NCBI RefSeq assembly: GCF_964194155.1
Contig: NC_135901.1
Location: 2,852,001 to 2,916,000, forward strand
Direction: 5' to 3'
DNA: 64,000 nucleotides
Source: Cetorhinus maximus
Taxonomy: Eukaryota
Position numbers and translations under genes: made by a program. Under the pieces are notes generated by a model. That model was not told where the DNA came from. It did not search any database and saw only the letters and a list, made by a program, of their open reading frames with translations. Position 1 is the stretch's first letter. Every line of letters starts with the position of its first letter. Positions 35,987 to 48,770 of this stretch are shown here, one piece after another.

Positions 35987-37839
35987 TTATGAAAACTTAC
36001 TCATTAAATATCGAGGATAATTTGCGTCGTTGAAGCTTACCTGAATCTCCCGTGTTGCAGGCAATTTTGCATTTGCTCTCACCGAGATCACAAAATGAAT
36101 GCAGCAAAATCAACACGTGCTGAGATTCCATGACACACTTGAGTGGATAGATGTTCGTATTTCACTGCGCTCACATTTTAGCAGCTCGTTTAGTCAACAA
36201 GATAAATCAATGGATCTTTCGATGCAGCTTAAGAAAGTTACTCACCATGTCAAAGGTGTCTCAGTGTGATGTGTGCTCATAAAGACAGACAAAGAGGGAT
36301 CAGATCTAATTAACGCATCATTCTCAAGCCTGTTCCCTGTAAAATCCTTTGATTTTGTTGAAATGCTGACTGTTGTGCTACATCTCAAATCAGACCCATA
36401 TCAAATGCATTACCTGGTGACTTACATTCTTTTGTGTGCCAGTCAAGTTTGCAATTCGATGTTGTCTATTTCAGAGAGCCTCATGCCAACCAAGGGCATC
36501 AATATCAAATACATTAATACTGAATGGTGAATAAGGTAAAAAATTGCTGAGAAATGTTTGTTGAATTTCTTCTGCTGAGGAGCAGAAGTGTGTTCATAAT
36601 AATTGAGCAGAAAGCATTGCTGCCTAAGACATTTGCTGGACCGAGCCTTCTGCATTTTGAAATTCAAACAAACTGAGGCACCAGAGTTGTCTTCCTGTAA
36701 CAAATGACATGACCTCTCAGTCTAACTATTGGAGTCCTCCAAACATTCTGGTAGATGAGCACTTTTTCCTAAACAAATATGTATTCTGTAAGATTACCTT
36801 CCCAGAACAAATGCATTTTAAAACAAATGAACGAAACAAACTGTGCCAGCCTTTGATCTTGGCAGAGCTCTGTTGAACTGTAACAATGATTTCCCACTGT
36901 GATATAACACCCTCGATTAGCCGTTTGTGGAGCAAATGTAATTAGATTGTATAAATCAACTCAGAAATAATGAGATGTTTGGTCAGAAAAATACGCACTT
37001 TTGTCAATTCGATATGAAATCAATAGAAAAAGTAAATAATGTTCATATGCATAGCTATGTAAGAAGCACTAGTCTAAATCTTCATGGCATTGGGTGAGGG
37101 AAACAGTGTTAATTAAGGTAAACTAGGCATGGAATCTGCAGAATCTCCTTTTTCAAAAGGGAATTGTGCAATTAATTGATATTCAGAATAATAACAGGTT
37201 TACTAAAAGAGGGAAGGAAACTGAGGTTAATTCGTTTGCTCTTAAAAAAGCTGATCGAGACAGGATTATGGAAGGGCCCCTATGCCATTGAATAGATACA
37301 TGGTGCTTTGCCGTTTTATGATTACATTGTTATATGAATCTTTCTGCAGCATCCCTGATTGTACCAGCTGAATTCCATTTCACCGAAACAGAAACCCAGA
37401 GTGCTGCTGCATGACAGCATGGCTTAACATTCCGGATAGGCCCTGGTCAGTCGGACAGCTCACCCTTCATTCTCCCCTGATCCGTTTCCTGAAAAAGTTT
37501 GTAATTATTCAAAGAACTGGAGACTGGGTTTCCTGTTTTGGTTCCTCCTCCATTTTTCCACCTGCCAACTAACAACATTTTCCAAAATCTCGTCACAATG
37601 TTCCGCCTTGCACCATGTTCAGGGGTGAACACATTCAGTTTTGTGGAGAGACTTTAAAAGCTGGGATCGTTTTCTTTAGAGTAAAGCAGGTTAAACCGAG
37701 TTTTCATGGTGTTGTTTAAAATTATTGGGCTGAGGAAGGGATCGGCGGCGGGCGGTTTGATAGAGCAGTTAGGGAGAAACTGTTTCCACTCTCGAGGGTC
37801 AGTCGCCAGAGGACTGGGGTTTATGATAATTAAATAAGG

Positions 37840-38110
37840 ACAGGCTTGCATTTATATAGCACCTTTCCCGACCAGCGGACGTCTCAAATCGCTTTCCAGT
37901 CAATGAAGGACATTGTGAAGTGTCGTCATTGTGGTAATGTCGGAAACACGGCTGCCAATCACCGCTCAGCAAACTCCCACAAACATTAACGTCATAATGA
38001 GCGGAGAATGTGTCTTTGTGACGTTGATTGAGGGATAAACATTGACCAGGAAGCGGGGAGAACTCCCCTGCTCTTCTTTCAAATAGGCTCATGGCATCTT
38101 TTACATTCTG
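37840..38110 (-). mobile_element. Deu-domain SINE fragment
   Basis: The reverse strand reads gaagagcaggggagttctcccc..tttatccctcaatcaacg..gctatataaatgc. Confidence 0.65.
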
Positions 38111-38589
38111 GCGCGTTCATGTCTCTTTTTTCCGTACTGAACATGAAAGGAGGGATGTCACCAGACCTGCACCGAGTCGTGGCTTCCTCGGTTCCATGGT
38201 AGTTTTTCCTCTTCCTCTATTCTGAAGACCGATACAAAGTGATCCTGTGGCATATCTGCCATTTCCTCGATTTCAATTACAGTATCGCTTGTCTTGCTAG
38301 TCTTTAGGAGCACTCATTGCTATTAGCCATCTTTGAGACGGAGAGTAATTATGTTAATCTGCATCTGTAAACAAACTGCTAATAGGTCTACCGAGTGACA
38401 GCTGAAAATGATTCATAACCTTTACTGTTTCGTGTATCATGAAATGTGCTTCTTTTTCGTTTGTGGGATGTTTTTCAGCGCATCTGGAAGAGCAATTGCC
38501 ACGTGGCTGTAAGATACTGTATTTAATATTTAACAACACAAGTGAATTATCGAACTTCTCTTCACATTTAAATGTGCAGTTTTTGATCA

Positions 38590-38662
38590 TGTTTCTGCCC
38601 AATTTCAAACCGGGGTCCTTTTGTGTGTTTGGCGAACGTGATAAGCACCACACGACAGAATC
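38590..38662 (-). pseudogene. tRNA-Val pseudogene
   Basis: Reverse strand gattctgtcgtgtggtgcttatcacgttcgccaaacacacaaaaggaccccggtttgaaattgggcagaaaca is full length with many stem mismatches. Confidence 0.75.
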
Positions 38663-40095
38663 ACTCGGCTGCCGAAACCCAATGGACCTGTCCGCAATGT
38701 TAACCTGCGCGGTCATGCAGCAGCACTTTGGGTCTTTGTTTGGAAGAAATGGAATTCAGCTGCTACAATCAGTAATTCTGGAATCAGACTGATTTAGCAA
38801 TGTCATCTTCAAATGACACAGCGCATTAGGAGACAATTCGGCCCCTCGTGTCTATGTCAGTTTTTTTACAAAGAGCTTTCCAATTCGCCCTAATTTCATT
38901 CTCTTTTTCCATAACCCTGATTTTTCTCCCTTTTCAGTTCCCTTTTGAAAACTCTGAGTGAAGAGAAACAATATTGAAAGAAGTGCAGGAGTTTCTGCGG
39001 TGCCCATGCGCACTGTGTGATCAGTAACAAAGTTTCCCAGAACCAAAGACATCAAAAGTTGGACTTTAGATTCCGATATAATTTTTGAAACATAAATGTA
39101 TTTATGCAGCTGATTTCATACCGAATTTTCCAAAGAGATTGATTCAGATCCAGCATGTCCTCGTTTTTCTCAGTCGCTCTATACAATCTAATTCCCCTTG
39201 CTGTACAAACTGTTACAGAAACTGTTTTAGAAAAGAGGAAAAGGTTTGCTGCAGCGATACAAAGCCCTGGTTAGGTCACACCAGGAGGACTGTGGATAGT
39301 TCTGGGAACGGCACCTTATAAAGGATCAATATTTGCCTTGAAAGTTTCAGAGGAGCCGCATTGATTGTGTTGGTGGGTTTGGAAATTGAAAGTTGTCCAT
39401 CCGCAGCTTGTGGCACAATTTCCCCTCACTGTTCACGTCATGTTCATGTCGAACACGCTCGATGCTGTTATTGGCTGAACAAGTCTTCTGTGTTTTAACT
39501 AAACGCTGTTATTCGGCGCTCCCGCTCCTGCCGCCCGGGGTTGGCCCTCATCAGGGAATGTTGTTTTCTTGTTGCTGTGTGAACTGTCACAATGAACTGA
39601 TCCCGGAGTCTCTTTCCTCCGGGATCTACAAAACCCGTCACGTCTCTTCCTTCATTCTCACTCTTTCATTCCCAGTTTGAGTCGGTTCTCCTTTCGGGTT
39701 CTTCAACAAATCCATTTGGACGGACAAGTGGCAGCTGAAATTTAATGTACGGAAGTGTGAAATGATTCATTTTTGTCGGAGAGGAGAGGAAACAGAAAAT
39801 TAAGGTTACAATTTTAAAGGGGCTTCTCTGTTGCACAGCGAATGGTTCGGATCTGGAATATATCAATTCGGTTCAGTTCCACGAGGCGATGGACGCATTT
39901 TTACCATCGCAAACTTCATTCACATTAGTTGTGTAGATTCACGTTAAAAAGGTTCAGGGAGAAAAAGCAGGTTGGGAAGCAGCAAGAGGAGATTGTTTTT
40001 TTCTGTATGTTTTTACATTGGAGGCCGTTCAGTTACTGAGCGTTACAAAGTGGACGGCGTTTGAAATTTCCAGTCAAGGCAATGACAATTTTAGA

Positions 40096-40178
40096 CGTCG
40101 CAGTGGCCGAGCGGTCTAAGGCGCTGGATTTAAGTTTCCGACTCTATGGAGGCGTGGCTTGAAACCCCATCGCTGCCA
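40096..40178 (+). pseudogene. tRNA-Leu pseudogene
   Basis: gtggccgagcggtctaaggcgctggatt..tctatggaggcgtggcttgaaaccccatcgctgcca has a damaged anticodon arm and B box. Confidence 0.7.
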
Positions 40179-40239
40179 GAGTTTCAGACTGTCCGTATTT
40201 TGAATCAATTTTGCCACACCCTTCAGTCATTGAGTTGGA

Positions 40240-40530
40240 AAGGGCTGCAGCACAGAGAAAGGCCCATCGGCCCATCGAGTCTGCGCCGGTCAAACAAATA
40301 CCTAATTATTCCAATCCAAATACTTCTTAAATGTTATGAGGGTTTGTGCCTCGACCACCCTTTCAGGCAGTGAGTTCCAGATTCCCACCACCCTCTGGGT
40401 GAGAAAATTCTTCCTCGCATCCCCTCTAAACTTCCTACCCTTTACCTTAAAATCCGTCCACCAAGGGGAAAAGTTCGTTCCTGTGTGCCCTATTGTGCCC
40501 CTCATAATTTTATGCACCTCAATCATGTCC
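40240..40530 (-). mobile_element. CR1 LINE 3' fragment
   Basis: RGDMIEVHKIMRG..RKNFLTQRVVGIWNSLPERVVEA. Confidence 0.8.
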
Positions 40531-41439
40531 CCCCTGTGTGCGCTCGGTGTGCAGTGCTCCATTCTGGCGGAAAGATCGAGGAGAGGTAGCAGAAATTGCA
40601 GGACAGCCAGGAATAGATGGGGCTGCATTTCTTCATTCCCTTCTGTAACCCCTCTGTCGTTTTATGTACAAAACATTAAAAGGTACATGGCGACGATGTA
40701 CGGAACTGACTTGCTTATGTAATGGGTTTGAAACCCTTTAGAGTTTCCTGATACAGGTGAAAATCCGACATTTTGAACCTGCAATCTACATTTAGTAGTT
40801 TACATTTCTCACTGTTCCTGTTTTAAGAATGAGTTACAGAATTGATTATCTATTAAATGGACTAAAACACCTTTCAAACGCTTCCCTGTATTTTTCATTT
40901 TCGTTCATCTGTTGGCATTCACAAAATTTGCAGTTGGAAATGGAACAAAAGCGGAGCCAATTTGGTGACGTCCTTGATTTCTGGATGTTTGTCTCTCCTT
41001 AGGCCGCTGTCTCTATCGGTGTCTATGTCTGTGGGTGTTCCTCTGCGTGTGTCAATGTGATTCAGTTCCCTGAGGGAGATGAATGCATTTTTACCATCAT
41101 AAACTTTACTCACTTTCGTTGTGCATCTTAATGATAAATGGCACAGAGAATAACAGTAGGTTTAAAAGTTGGAAGAGGACTTTAGCCTTCCTGGTGCTGT
41201 TGGCGTAACCCTTGGTTAAAATAGTGGACTTATCAAACTAGATGCCGTGAGTTCGATCCCTGCTGTTGCCTGTGGATAAAGCTTAGCTGATGGAAGCGGT
41301 GGAAATGTAAACTGTGGGGAGGAGTATCTCGGTTGTGAAGAGATTTAGACACGTCAGGGTAACAAGGATAGAACATGGGAGAATACTTTCCAGATGTGCA
41401 AAGCTATTAAGAAGGTCTGACAGAAATTGAAAAAGTGCT

Positions 41440-42100
41440 GAACCATTTAGGCACAACAAGTAATTAGGAAAGCTAATAGAACGTTATCATTTGCTGTGAG
41501 GGGGAATTGAAGTAAGAAGGTTATACTTCAGTTGTACAGGACAGTGATATCAGGAGTACAGTGTAGAGTATTGGCCTCCTTATTTAAGGAAAATGTAAAT
41601 GCGTTAGAAGCAGTTCAGAGAAGGCTTACTGAACTAATACCAAGAATGGGCGGCTTGTCTTATGAGGAAAGGTGGCAGGCTAGGCCTGCATCCCATGGAG
41701 TTTAGAAGGTTAAGAGGCGATTTGATCGAAATCTTTCAGATCCTGAGGGGTCTTGACAGGGTGGATGTGGAGAGGATCTTTCGTCTTGTGGGAGAATTTA
41801 GAACCATGGGTCACTGTTTCAAAATAAAGGGTCGCTCATTTAAGACAGAGATGAGAGAAGTTTTTTTCTCAGAGGGTCGTGAGTACTTGTAACTCTCTCC
41901 TTCAAAAGGCAGTGGAAGCAGAGTCTTTGAATATTTTTAAGGCACAGCTAGATTGATTCTTGATCAACAAGGGGGTGAAAGGTGATCGGGGTAAGCAGCA
42001 GGTTTCAATCAGATCAGCCGTGATCTTATTGAATGGCGGAGAAGGCTTGAAGGGTCGAGTGGCCTACTCCTGCTCCGGGTTCACATGTTCACATGTTCTT
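41440..42100 (+). mobile_element. CR1 LINE 3' fragment
   Basis: LGLHPMEFRRLRGDLIEIFQILRGLDRVD.. followed by the 3'UTR. Confidence 0.85.
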
Positions 42101-42384
42101 TGAGTCCAGAGTGCTTCCTGGCTCAGTGCGAAAATGCCAAAAAGTCAAGGATGATTGAAATTTTCACTGAGCAACATGTAAACTGACAGTGGATTCACTC
42201 GGTGCGATGGTGTGTTCCAGTTCTATATGTGCAATCATAGAAACAATTTATATTTGTTGTTTTGAACCCAATATTTCTAATGGGCTGGATGTTATGCACA
42301 TGTTTGTTCTAATTTATCCCATTTACAAAAATAAATATTCGAAAACTATTTGTGTGGGAGGTTACTGGATAACAGCAGGCCTGG

Positions 42385-42560
42385 AAATAGAGCAGAGAGA
42401 GAGGATCCCTGGGGTAATCTTCAGTGAGTTCAGGAGGATGGTATCAGGGTGAATGGAGAAGGGAGAGAGTATCCCTGGGGTGATGTTCAGAAGAAAGGTA
42501 TGAGAGAGAATGGAGCAGGGAGAAAGGATCCCTGGGGTGATGTTCCGTGAATTCAGTTGT
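42385..42560. repeat. Three ~55-65 bp tandem copies
   Basis: a(t/a)ggag(c)agggagaga..atccctggggt(g/a)at..ttc appears three times. Confidence 0.65.
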
Positions 42561-42864
42561 TTGTTGCGCCTGGCAGGCCGCAGTGCTTGGGAACTTACAC
42601 GATTTGTGCTCCCTGGTGTTCCTAATAAGCCCCAAACTGTGGTAATAATTTGCAGGATTATTGCTCGATAATGTGTCTGTGTCAGATCGGCCCTAGCCTC
42701 TAGGAATCTTCCCATGGTTTGTGTCAACGGTTCAGTCTGCGGTATTTGTGCATTTTTTGTTATTCATTTATGCGATGTGGGCGTGGCTGTCTGGGCCAGC
42801 ATTTATTGCACATCCCTAATTGCATTGGATTGTGACGTCTCTGCCTTGTGAGTGTTTAATTGGA

Positions 42865-43190
42865 CAAGGTGGAGAGAGTCCAGACGAATGCTCTGGGCGC
42901 ATGGGTTCAAATCCCAACATGGCAGCTGCTGGAATGTGAATTCAATTATTAAAACCTGGGATTGAAAACTAGCCTCAGTAATGGTGTCCATGACAACTGT
43001 CACCGATTGTCGTAAAAACCCATCTGCTGCACTAATGTCCTTTAGTGAAGGAAATCTGCCATCCTTACCCAGCCTGGCCGACATGTGATTCCAGGTCGAC
43101 AGCAATGTGACTGACACTTAACTGCCCTCTGAAATGGCCTCGGAAGCCGGGCTGTTCTGGGCGGCCTTTCCAGCGACACCCACCACATCA
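42865..43190 (+). mobile_element. tRNA-derived shark SINE
   Basis: gggttcaaatccc B box, with a body like the copies at 1-323 and 27.4 kb. Confidence 0.65.
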
Positions 43191-43516
43191 TGAAAGAGTA
43201 AAGAGATAAAAAAACGTTTACTCTCTCTCTCTAACCCCTGCTACACCGACACTGGGAGTGTTTGATGGGACAGTGTAAAGGAAACATTCGTCCTCCATAT
43301 ACTGTCCTGTATGGGCCTCTGATGAAGCAGATCCCTGCTGTTTACAATTACCTGACATGTAACTGTGACAGGCCTGAGTATGAGTGAAATCACCGAGGCT
43401 CCCCTCGCTGTGCAATCATCCTGGCTCTGGGGTTTGCCATAAAAAGGTAGAGGTAAAGGTGTATTAACACCGATGGGTCGCTGGATGGCGCAGTGACTCT
43501 TTCACTGAAGGACCTT

Positions 43517-43618
43517 GGGCTCTGAAGAAGAGTCATGAGGAATCGAAACGTTAACTCTTTTTTTTCTCCACAGATGCTGTTGGGCCTGCTGAGTTTTTCC
43601 AGCATTTTCTGTTTTTGA
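43517..43618 (+). mobile_element. Penelope pLTR-derived short element with hammerhead-like core
   Basis: ctgaaga..gaaacgttaact..ccacagatgctg..ctgctgagtttttccagcatttt. Confidence 0.6.
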
Positions 43619-44207
43619 TTCACATCCCAAACAGGAATGGTTAAAAAAAATCTGGGAAAGGTGAGGAAACAGTGTAATAGGGGAAATGGAGCGGTGTCGA
43701 TGGGCCTGGGGGAAAGGAGTTCAGCAAAGTCAGTTCGTTTCACATTCATGATTTATTAACAATTTCGGAGAACATTTTACAGAAAAGTTTATTTTAAAGT
43801 CAACTGGACTGAATATGATGACTGAGTCACACTGAGAACAGAACACATTCGCTCTGAGCTGCCAACTGTATGTACAGCTGTAACAGAGACCAGAAAGAGA
43901 AAACAGGAGCTCAACATAAAGGGAAGGGAATAATTGTGAATGAGGAATGAGAAAAGCTACTTATTTACACATGGAATTTAAACTACTGGGGAATTATAAG
44001 CTACAATTACAACACAGCCATAATTATCTCGCACATTTCAAACAGAGAAGCGGAAATACCGTCCATGACTGTCTTAGTTACAAATTCGGAAACATGAACT
44101 GAAGGTATTTCATTTTTAGATTCACCGAGAGGACATATTTTAAATTCGTAATACAGAGATCTCAGTAAATGGCTGAGGAAAATCTACGGTGTCCAAACTT
44201 CAACTGG

Positions 44208-44216
44208 TCACTTGAT
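44208..44216 (-). CDS. IGHM: IgM TM2 exon (Ile-Lys-stop)
   Basis: ctcttttgcag|ATC AAG TGA. Confidence 0.8.
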   Translation of the reverse strand: MK

Positions 44217-44354
44217 CTGCAAAAGAGGATAAAATAATGAAGCAGATGTTTAGAATGTGGGACATTTATGTTAGTGTTTTAATCAATGAAACATTGAGAG
44301 ATTTTTCAAACCGCTTCTGTCAGTTTGAAGTGTGAGTGGATTGAATCTTCTGAC

Positions 44355-44482
44355 CTTCACCAGAGTGACGGCAGTGCTGTAGAAAATGCTCAGGAAGAAC
44401 AGGATGATGAATGTGGAAGCAGTTGTCCAGATGTTGCCGTTATCATCCTCAGAGTCTTCAATCCAGGTGCGATCTGTGGAAT
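44355..44482 (-). CDS. IGHM: IgM TM1 exon, intact
   Basis: [43 protein letters not shown] carries the conserved antigen-receptor TM motif and AG/GT boundaries. Confidence 0.93.
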
Positions 44483-45049
44483 CTGCGAGGATATAACCGA
44501 GGAAATATAATTAGGTTGTTTATTAATCTTGGATATCTTTTAAAAAATATACTCTTTACTCGTTCCTAAGTTATTAATGTATTCTCTAATTTAATGTTCA
44601 ATATATATCTACTGTTAAGCTCGTGAATTTCAGCAACCTAACTCTGTAACTATCTCCACAGCTGTTCTTCCTTTGCAATCCTCGTATAGTCCGAGACGGA
44701 AAATATAGAAAATTATCTCCAATATCAGTTTATTTTCGAACAATTTCGTACGATCTATTATTGGAGAATATTATTATGGATATCGAGAGAGATTCACTGA
44801 GCAACTTATTTGGAAACTGTGAACGTTGCTTTTTAAAATCTCGGATGTGAGTTCCCATCTTGGTTGTCTATTTGTGATGGGAATGTTTGGTGCATCATTA
44901 ACTTAAATCAGATTCTCAGTAAGAACATTGTTTCAGTGTGCTTTTCGGATCATTATGTAATAGGGACAATTGCCGGAGAATACATCGGTTAAAAAAGTGC
45001 ATTTGAATTATACCTTCTTCAATAGCCTGGCGTTTGTGTCTTGCTTTAG

Positions 45050-46055
45050 CTTTTATATATGTGTGCATGAGTATATCGTGCCTTGCATCACTCTTTGTTT
45101 CTGTGTCCATATGTGTGTATGAGTATTGAGGTGTGTTCATTTGCCAATGAGTGCTGACTTGTGCATTTCTGTGTCTGCGTCTGCATGTATATTTTGTTTT
45201 TTTGCCAATGTGTATGTATGAGTGTGTTATTGTGTGTGTTTATGTATTGATGTCTATGTTTATTTATCACTATCTGTGTTAATGTGTGTTTATGCGTTCT
45301 TGTCTGCTAATATGTGTTAATGTTTCTTTTTGTGTTCCACGTATGTGTCAGCATATTAATGTCTGTGTCACAGCGCGTGTGTGTGGGAGAGAGAGTTTTT
45401 AATGTGTGCATTTGTGTCTTGATGGATATTTAAAACTATGTATCAATGTGTGTTTATGTTTTCATACGTACTAACGTGTGTTTTTTGTGTTCTCGTGTGT
45501 ATATGCGTGTTTCATGTTTGTGTCTACATGTGTGCCTGTGAATGTGTTAGTCTGTTCCTCTATGTGTTTGACTGTCTGGGTGTCGTCTACTCATGTGTGT
45601 GCATGTGTTCATGTGTATCCATGTACTTGTTTTAATGTATATGATAGTGTGTGCCTTTTTGTCTGTATTTCTGTCATTGTGAATGTGTGATGATGCATAT
45701 TTGTGTCCTTGTATGAGTCTGCTTGTCTGGTTTTATTTGTTTGTGTGTGTGAGATTGTGTATATGTGTGTTAGTGTGTGTATATGTGTGTGCACGTGTGT
45801 ATTTGTGTGTGTGTGTGTGTGTGATTGTGTATATATGTGTTCCTGTGCCTGCATTTATGTGTGTATTTGTGTTTATGTGTGATTGTGTGTGCGCGTGTGT
45901 GTGTCTGTCTGTGCGTCTGTGCCTGTGTTTGTGTGTGCGCGTATGTGTATTTGTCTATGTGTGTGTGTTTGTGTGTGTGTCTGTGCCTGTGTGTGTGTGT
46001 GCCTATGTATGTATGTGTGTATGTTTGTGTGCGTCCACTTGTGTCCCTTGTGTGC
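45050..46055. repeat. Degenerate (GT)n-rich low-complexity tract
   Basis: Direct reading. It is the source of spurious Cys/Val and His/Thr ORFs. Confidence 0.9.
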
Positions 46056-46654
46056 ATTTTTACTATTTTTCAGAGTTTCACCAGGTCCCAACGATCGAGT
46101 CTGACCCTGATAGTGAAAATTTTGGTGAATATTTTTAATATTCTGTATAAACGTGTTTTCTGTGAGATGCAAGGTGATATCAGGTGAACGAATGCAGACA
46201 ATCAACCATCTGCCTCATAAAATTCAGGGGCAGAACCGTGAACAACCCAGGGAGGATTTAATAACCAGTTTAGATTCGGATTATGGGAAATCAATCTTAG
46301 CATAAGATTAACTGGAACAGAGTGTGAAAACTTCTTAAAATTATGTTGCATAAATATATATTTTACAACATTTTAAGCATGATGGGACTTTAAAATTTGT
46401 GGCCAGTAAGCTAGAAGCCGACTTCTGCTGTTGGTAACTGGGTCCTTACAGTAGAGGCCCGTTCCCTTCCAGATTCTCTGCTCAGGGACTGACAGTCCAG
46501 TGAGTTAATAGTTTTGCTCCGTCTGGTTGGCTAAGCAATTTCCCTTTCGGTTCTCTCTGCTGAGAAGGTGGAGACACACCGGGTTAACCAATGACCTTCC
46601 TCGTCTTTCTGTTTAGGAAGTGGAAGTAAAATTGGCTAAAAATTTTCCTTTCAG

Positions 46655-47600
46655 TTTTCTCTGTTGGGGAAGTGGAGGTACAGTGGGTTAACAATTTCCC
46701 TTCCCCACTCTCTGTTGGGGAAGTGGAGGTACAGTGGGTTAACAATTTCCCTTCCCCACTCTCTGTTGGGGAAGTGGAGGTACAGGGGGTTAACAATTTC
46801 CCCTCCTCCTCTCTCTGTTGGGGAAGTGGGGGTACAGTGGGTTAACAATTTCCCTTCCACCCCTCTCTGTTGGGGAAGTGGAGGTACAGTGGGTTAACAA
46901 TTTCCCTTCCCCACTCTCTGTTGGGGAAGTGGAGGTACAGTGGGTTAACAATTTCCCTTCCCCACTCTCTGTTGGGGAAGTGGAGGTACAGTGGGTTAAC
47001 AATTTCCCCTCCTCCTCTCTCTGTTGGGGAAGTGGGGGTACAGTGGGTTAACAATTTCCCTTCCACCCCTCTCTGTTGGGGAAGTGGAGGTACAGTGGGT
47101 TAACAATTTCCCTTCCCCCTCGCTCTGTTGGGGAAGTGGGGGTACAGTGGGTTAACAATTTCCCTTCCCCCTCTCTGCTGGGGAAGTGGGGGTACAGTGG
47201 GTTAACAATTTCCCTTCCCCCTCTCTCTGTTGGGGAAGTGGGGGTACAGTGGGTTAACAATTTCCTCTCCCCCTCTCTCTGTTGCGGAAGTGGGGGTACA
47301 GTGGGTTAACAATTCCCCCCCCCCCCCCTCTCCCTGTTGGCGAAGTGGGGGCACAGTGGGTTAACAATTTCCCTTCCCCCTCTCTCAGTTGGGGAAGTGG
47401 GGGGTACAGTGGGTTAACAATTTCCTCTCCCCCCCTCTCTGTTGGGGAAGTGAGGGGGTGCAGTGGGTTAACAATTTCCCTTCCCCCTCTCTCTGTTGGG
47501 GAAGTGGAGGTACAGTGGGTTAACAATTTCCCCTCCCCCTCTTTCTATTGGGGAAGTGGGGGGTACAGTGGGTTAACAATTTTCCTTTCCCCTCTCTCTG
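46655..47600. repeat. ~51-bp minisatellite, about 18 copies
   Basis: Unit ctctgttggggaagtgg(a/g)ggtacagtgggttaacaatttcccttcccc(a/c). Confidence 0.95.
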
Positions 47601-48049
47601 ACGGGGAATTGTTGAGACATGTTTCTGTGTGACCTTCACTTCAATTCCCAGTGGGTGCGATGCAGCAACTTAAAGCTGATATCCATTTTAAAGGAATGGA
47701 CAATAAGAGAAGCAGCAACACCGAGATCTAAATGTGCTGAGTTTGTTTGCTGGAAATAGGAAATTGTTAGATTTCCCCTCAGTGGGAGGAGAGTTGGTGA
47801 TGTTATTTTGCAGAATCCCGTGATGAATGAGCTTTACTCTGTCTCTAACCCAGGGTGTATCTGAGCTGGGAGCACTGGGTGTACAAGACTTGGTTCTGAG
47901 CCCTGGAAATATCCGATTTTAACTAAACAGCTCTAACATTAGCAAAAGTGGAAAACAACATTAATTAAGCGATTGTGCATTTAAATCACAATTGGAGAAA
48001 AGGACTTTATTTTTTTATTATTGAAGTTTGAAACGTAACGGAGAGATTC

Positions 48050-48441
48050 TCATTGACATGAATTAACGGTGTCCATCAGTGCAAGGGAAATATTCACAAA
48101 ACTCGGTTTACCGCTGGATTTATCAACCGTTCTGTTGATGATCTTCAAGGGGATCGCTTCATGTCCCACCACACAGGAGTAAGAAGCGCCGCTGGCTCAC
48201 TCCTCCGCTGCAATGGATAACAGGCTGTACATGAAGAAGGAGCGATTGCCGTTCTCCGCCACCACCTCGGTGTTCTTGTAGTTCCCGGGATCCACCGGCT
48301 TGTCATTGACGGTCCACTTGACGAAAATCGCTCGCGGGGAGAAACCTCTCACTAAGCAGCTGAGGGAGACGAATCTCTGAGCGGAGACATCTTCTGCCGA
48401 GGGTAGGAGGACAGACACGGACGGTTCCCGCAGGTCTTTAT
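48050..48441 (-). pseudogene. IGHM: IgM Cmu4 exon + secretory tailpiece, with nonsense codon
   Basis: [98 protein letters not shown] replaces the conserved Trp at 48197-48199. The internal donor is at 48111 and AATAAA at about 48006-48019. Confidence 0.93.
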
Positions 48442-48579
48442 CTGCAGAAAATGTACAATAAATGTCAATAAACTGATTACTTTCGTAGACAATGAAACCG
48501 CTGGTTAGGTGTGAGAGAAACGTGTTTTGTGATGAAAATTAAGGGTTTTCATTATCCACTTATTGGAAATATTTCACCG

Positions 48580-48770
48580 ATCCTTCACTATAGCTGAATC
48601 AAAATCCTGGAACTCCCTCCCTAACAGCACTGTGGATGTATCTACACCACATGGACTGCAGCTGTTCAAGAAGGCAGCTCACCACCACCTTGTCAAGGGC
48701 AATTAGGGATGGGCAATAAACTCTGGCCCAGCCAGCGACGCCCACATCCCATTAATTAATAAATAAAATA
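48580..48770 (+). mobile_element. LINE 3' end in the Cmu3-Cmu4 intron
   Basis: tggaactccctccctaacagcactgtg..gggcaattagggatgggcaataaa. Confidence 0.7.

Larger units (their letters stand above)
33560..37445 (+). repeat. Tandem ~1.6-1.9 kb duplication units carrying tRNA-Val (two complete, one partial without tRNA)
   Basis: attcgatatgagatcaattgcata..aaggcaaaccaggcatggattctgca..gcattccggacagg recurs at about 33590, 35475 and 37005. Confidence 0.85.

Noticed and set aside
18600-44000. TCR D, J or C exons, or NAR-TCR V-D-J cassettes
   Set aside because: No FGxG J motif with an RSS, no paired-RSS D and no TCR C exon were seen by eye. The alpha versus delta assignment of the Vs therefore remains unresolved.
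45438-46205. Cys/Val-rich ORFs
   Set aside because: Artefact of the (GT)n tract.
46655-47600. CRISPR-like regularly spaced repeats
   Set aside because: The units are head-to-tail with no unique spacers, in a vertebrate intron with no cas genes. It is a minisatellite.
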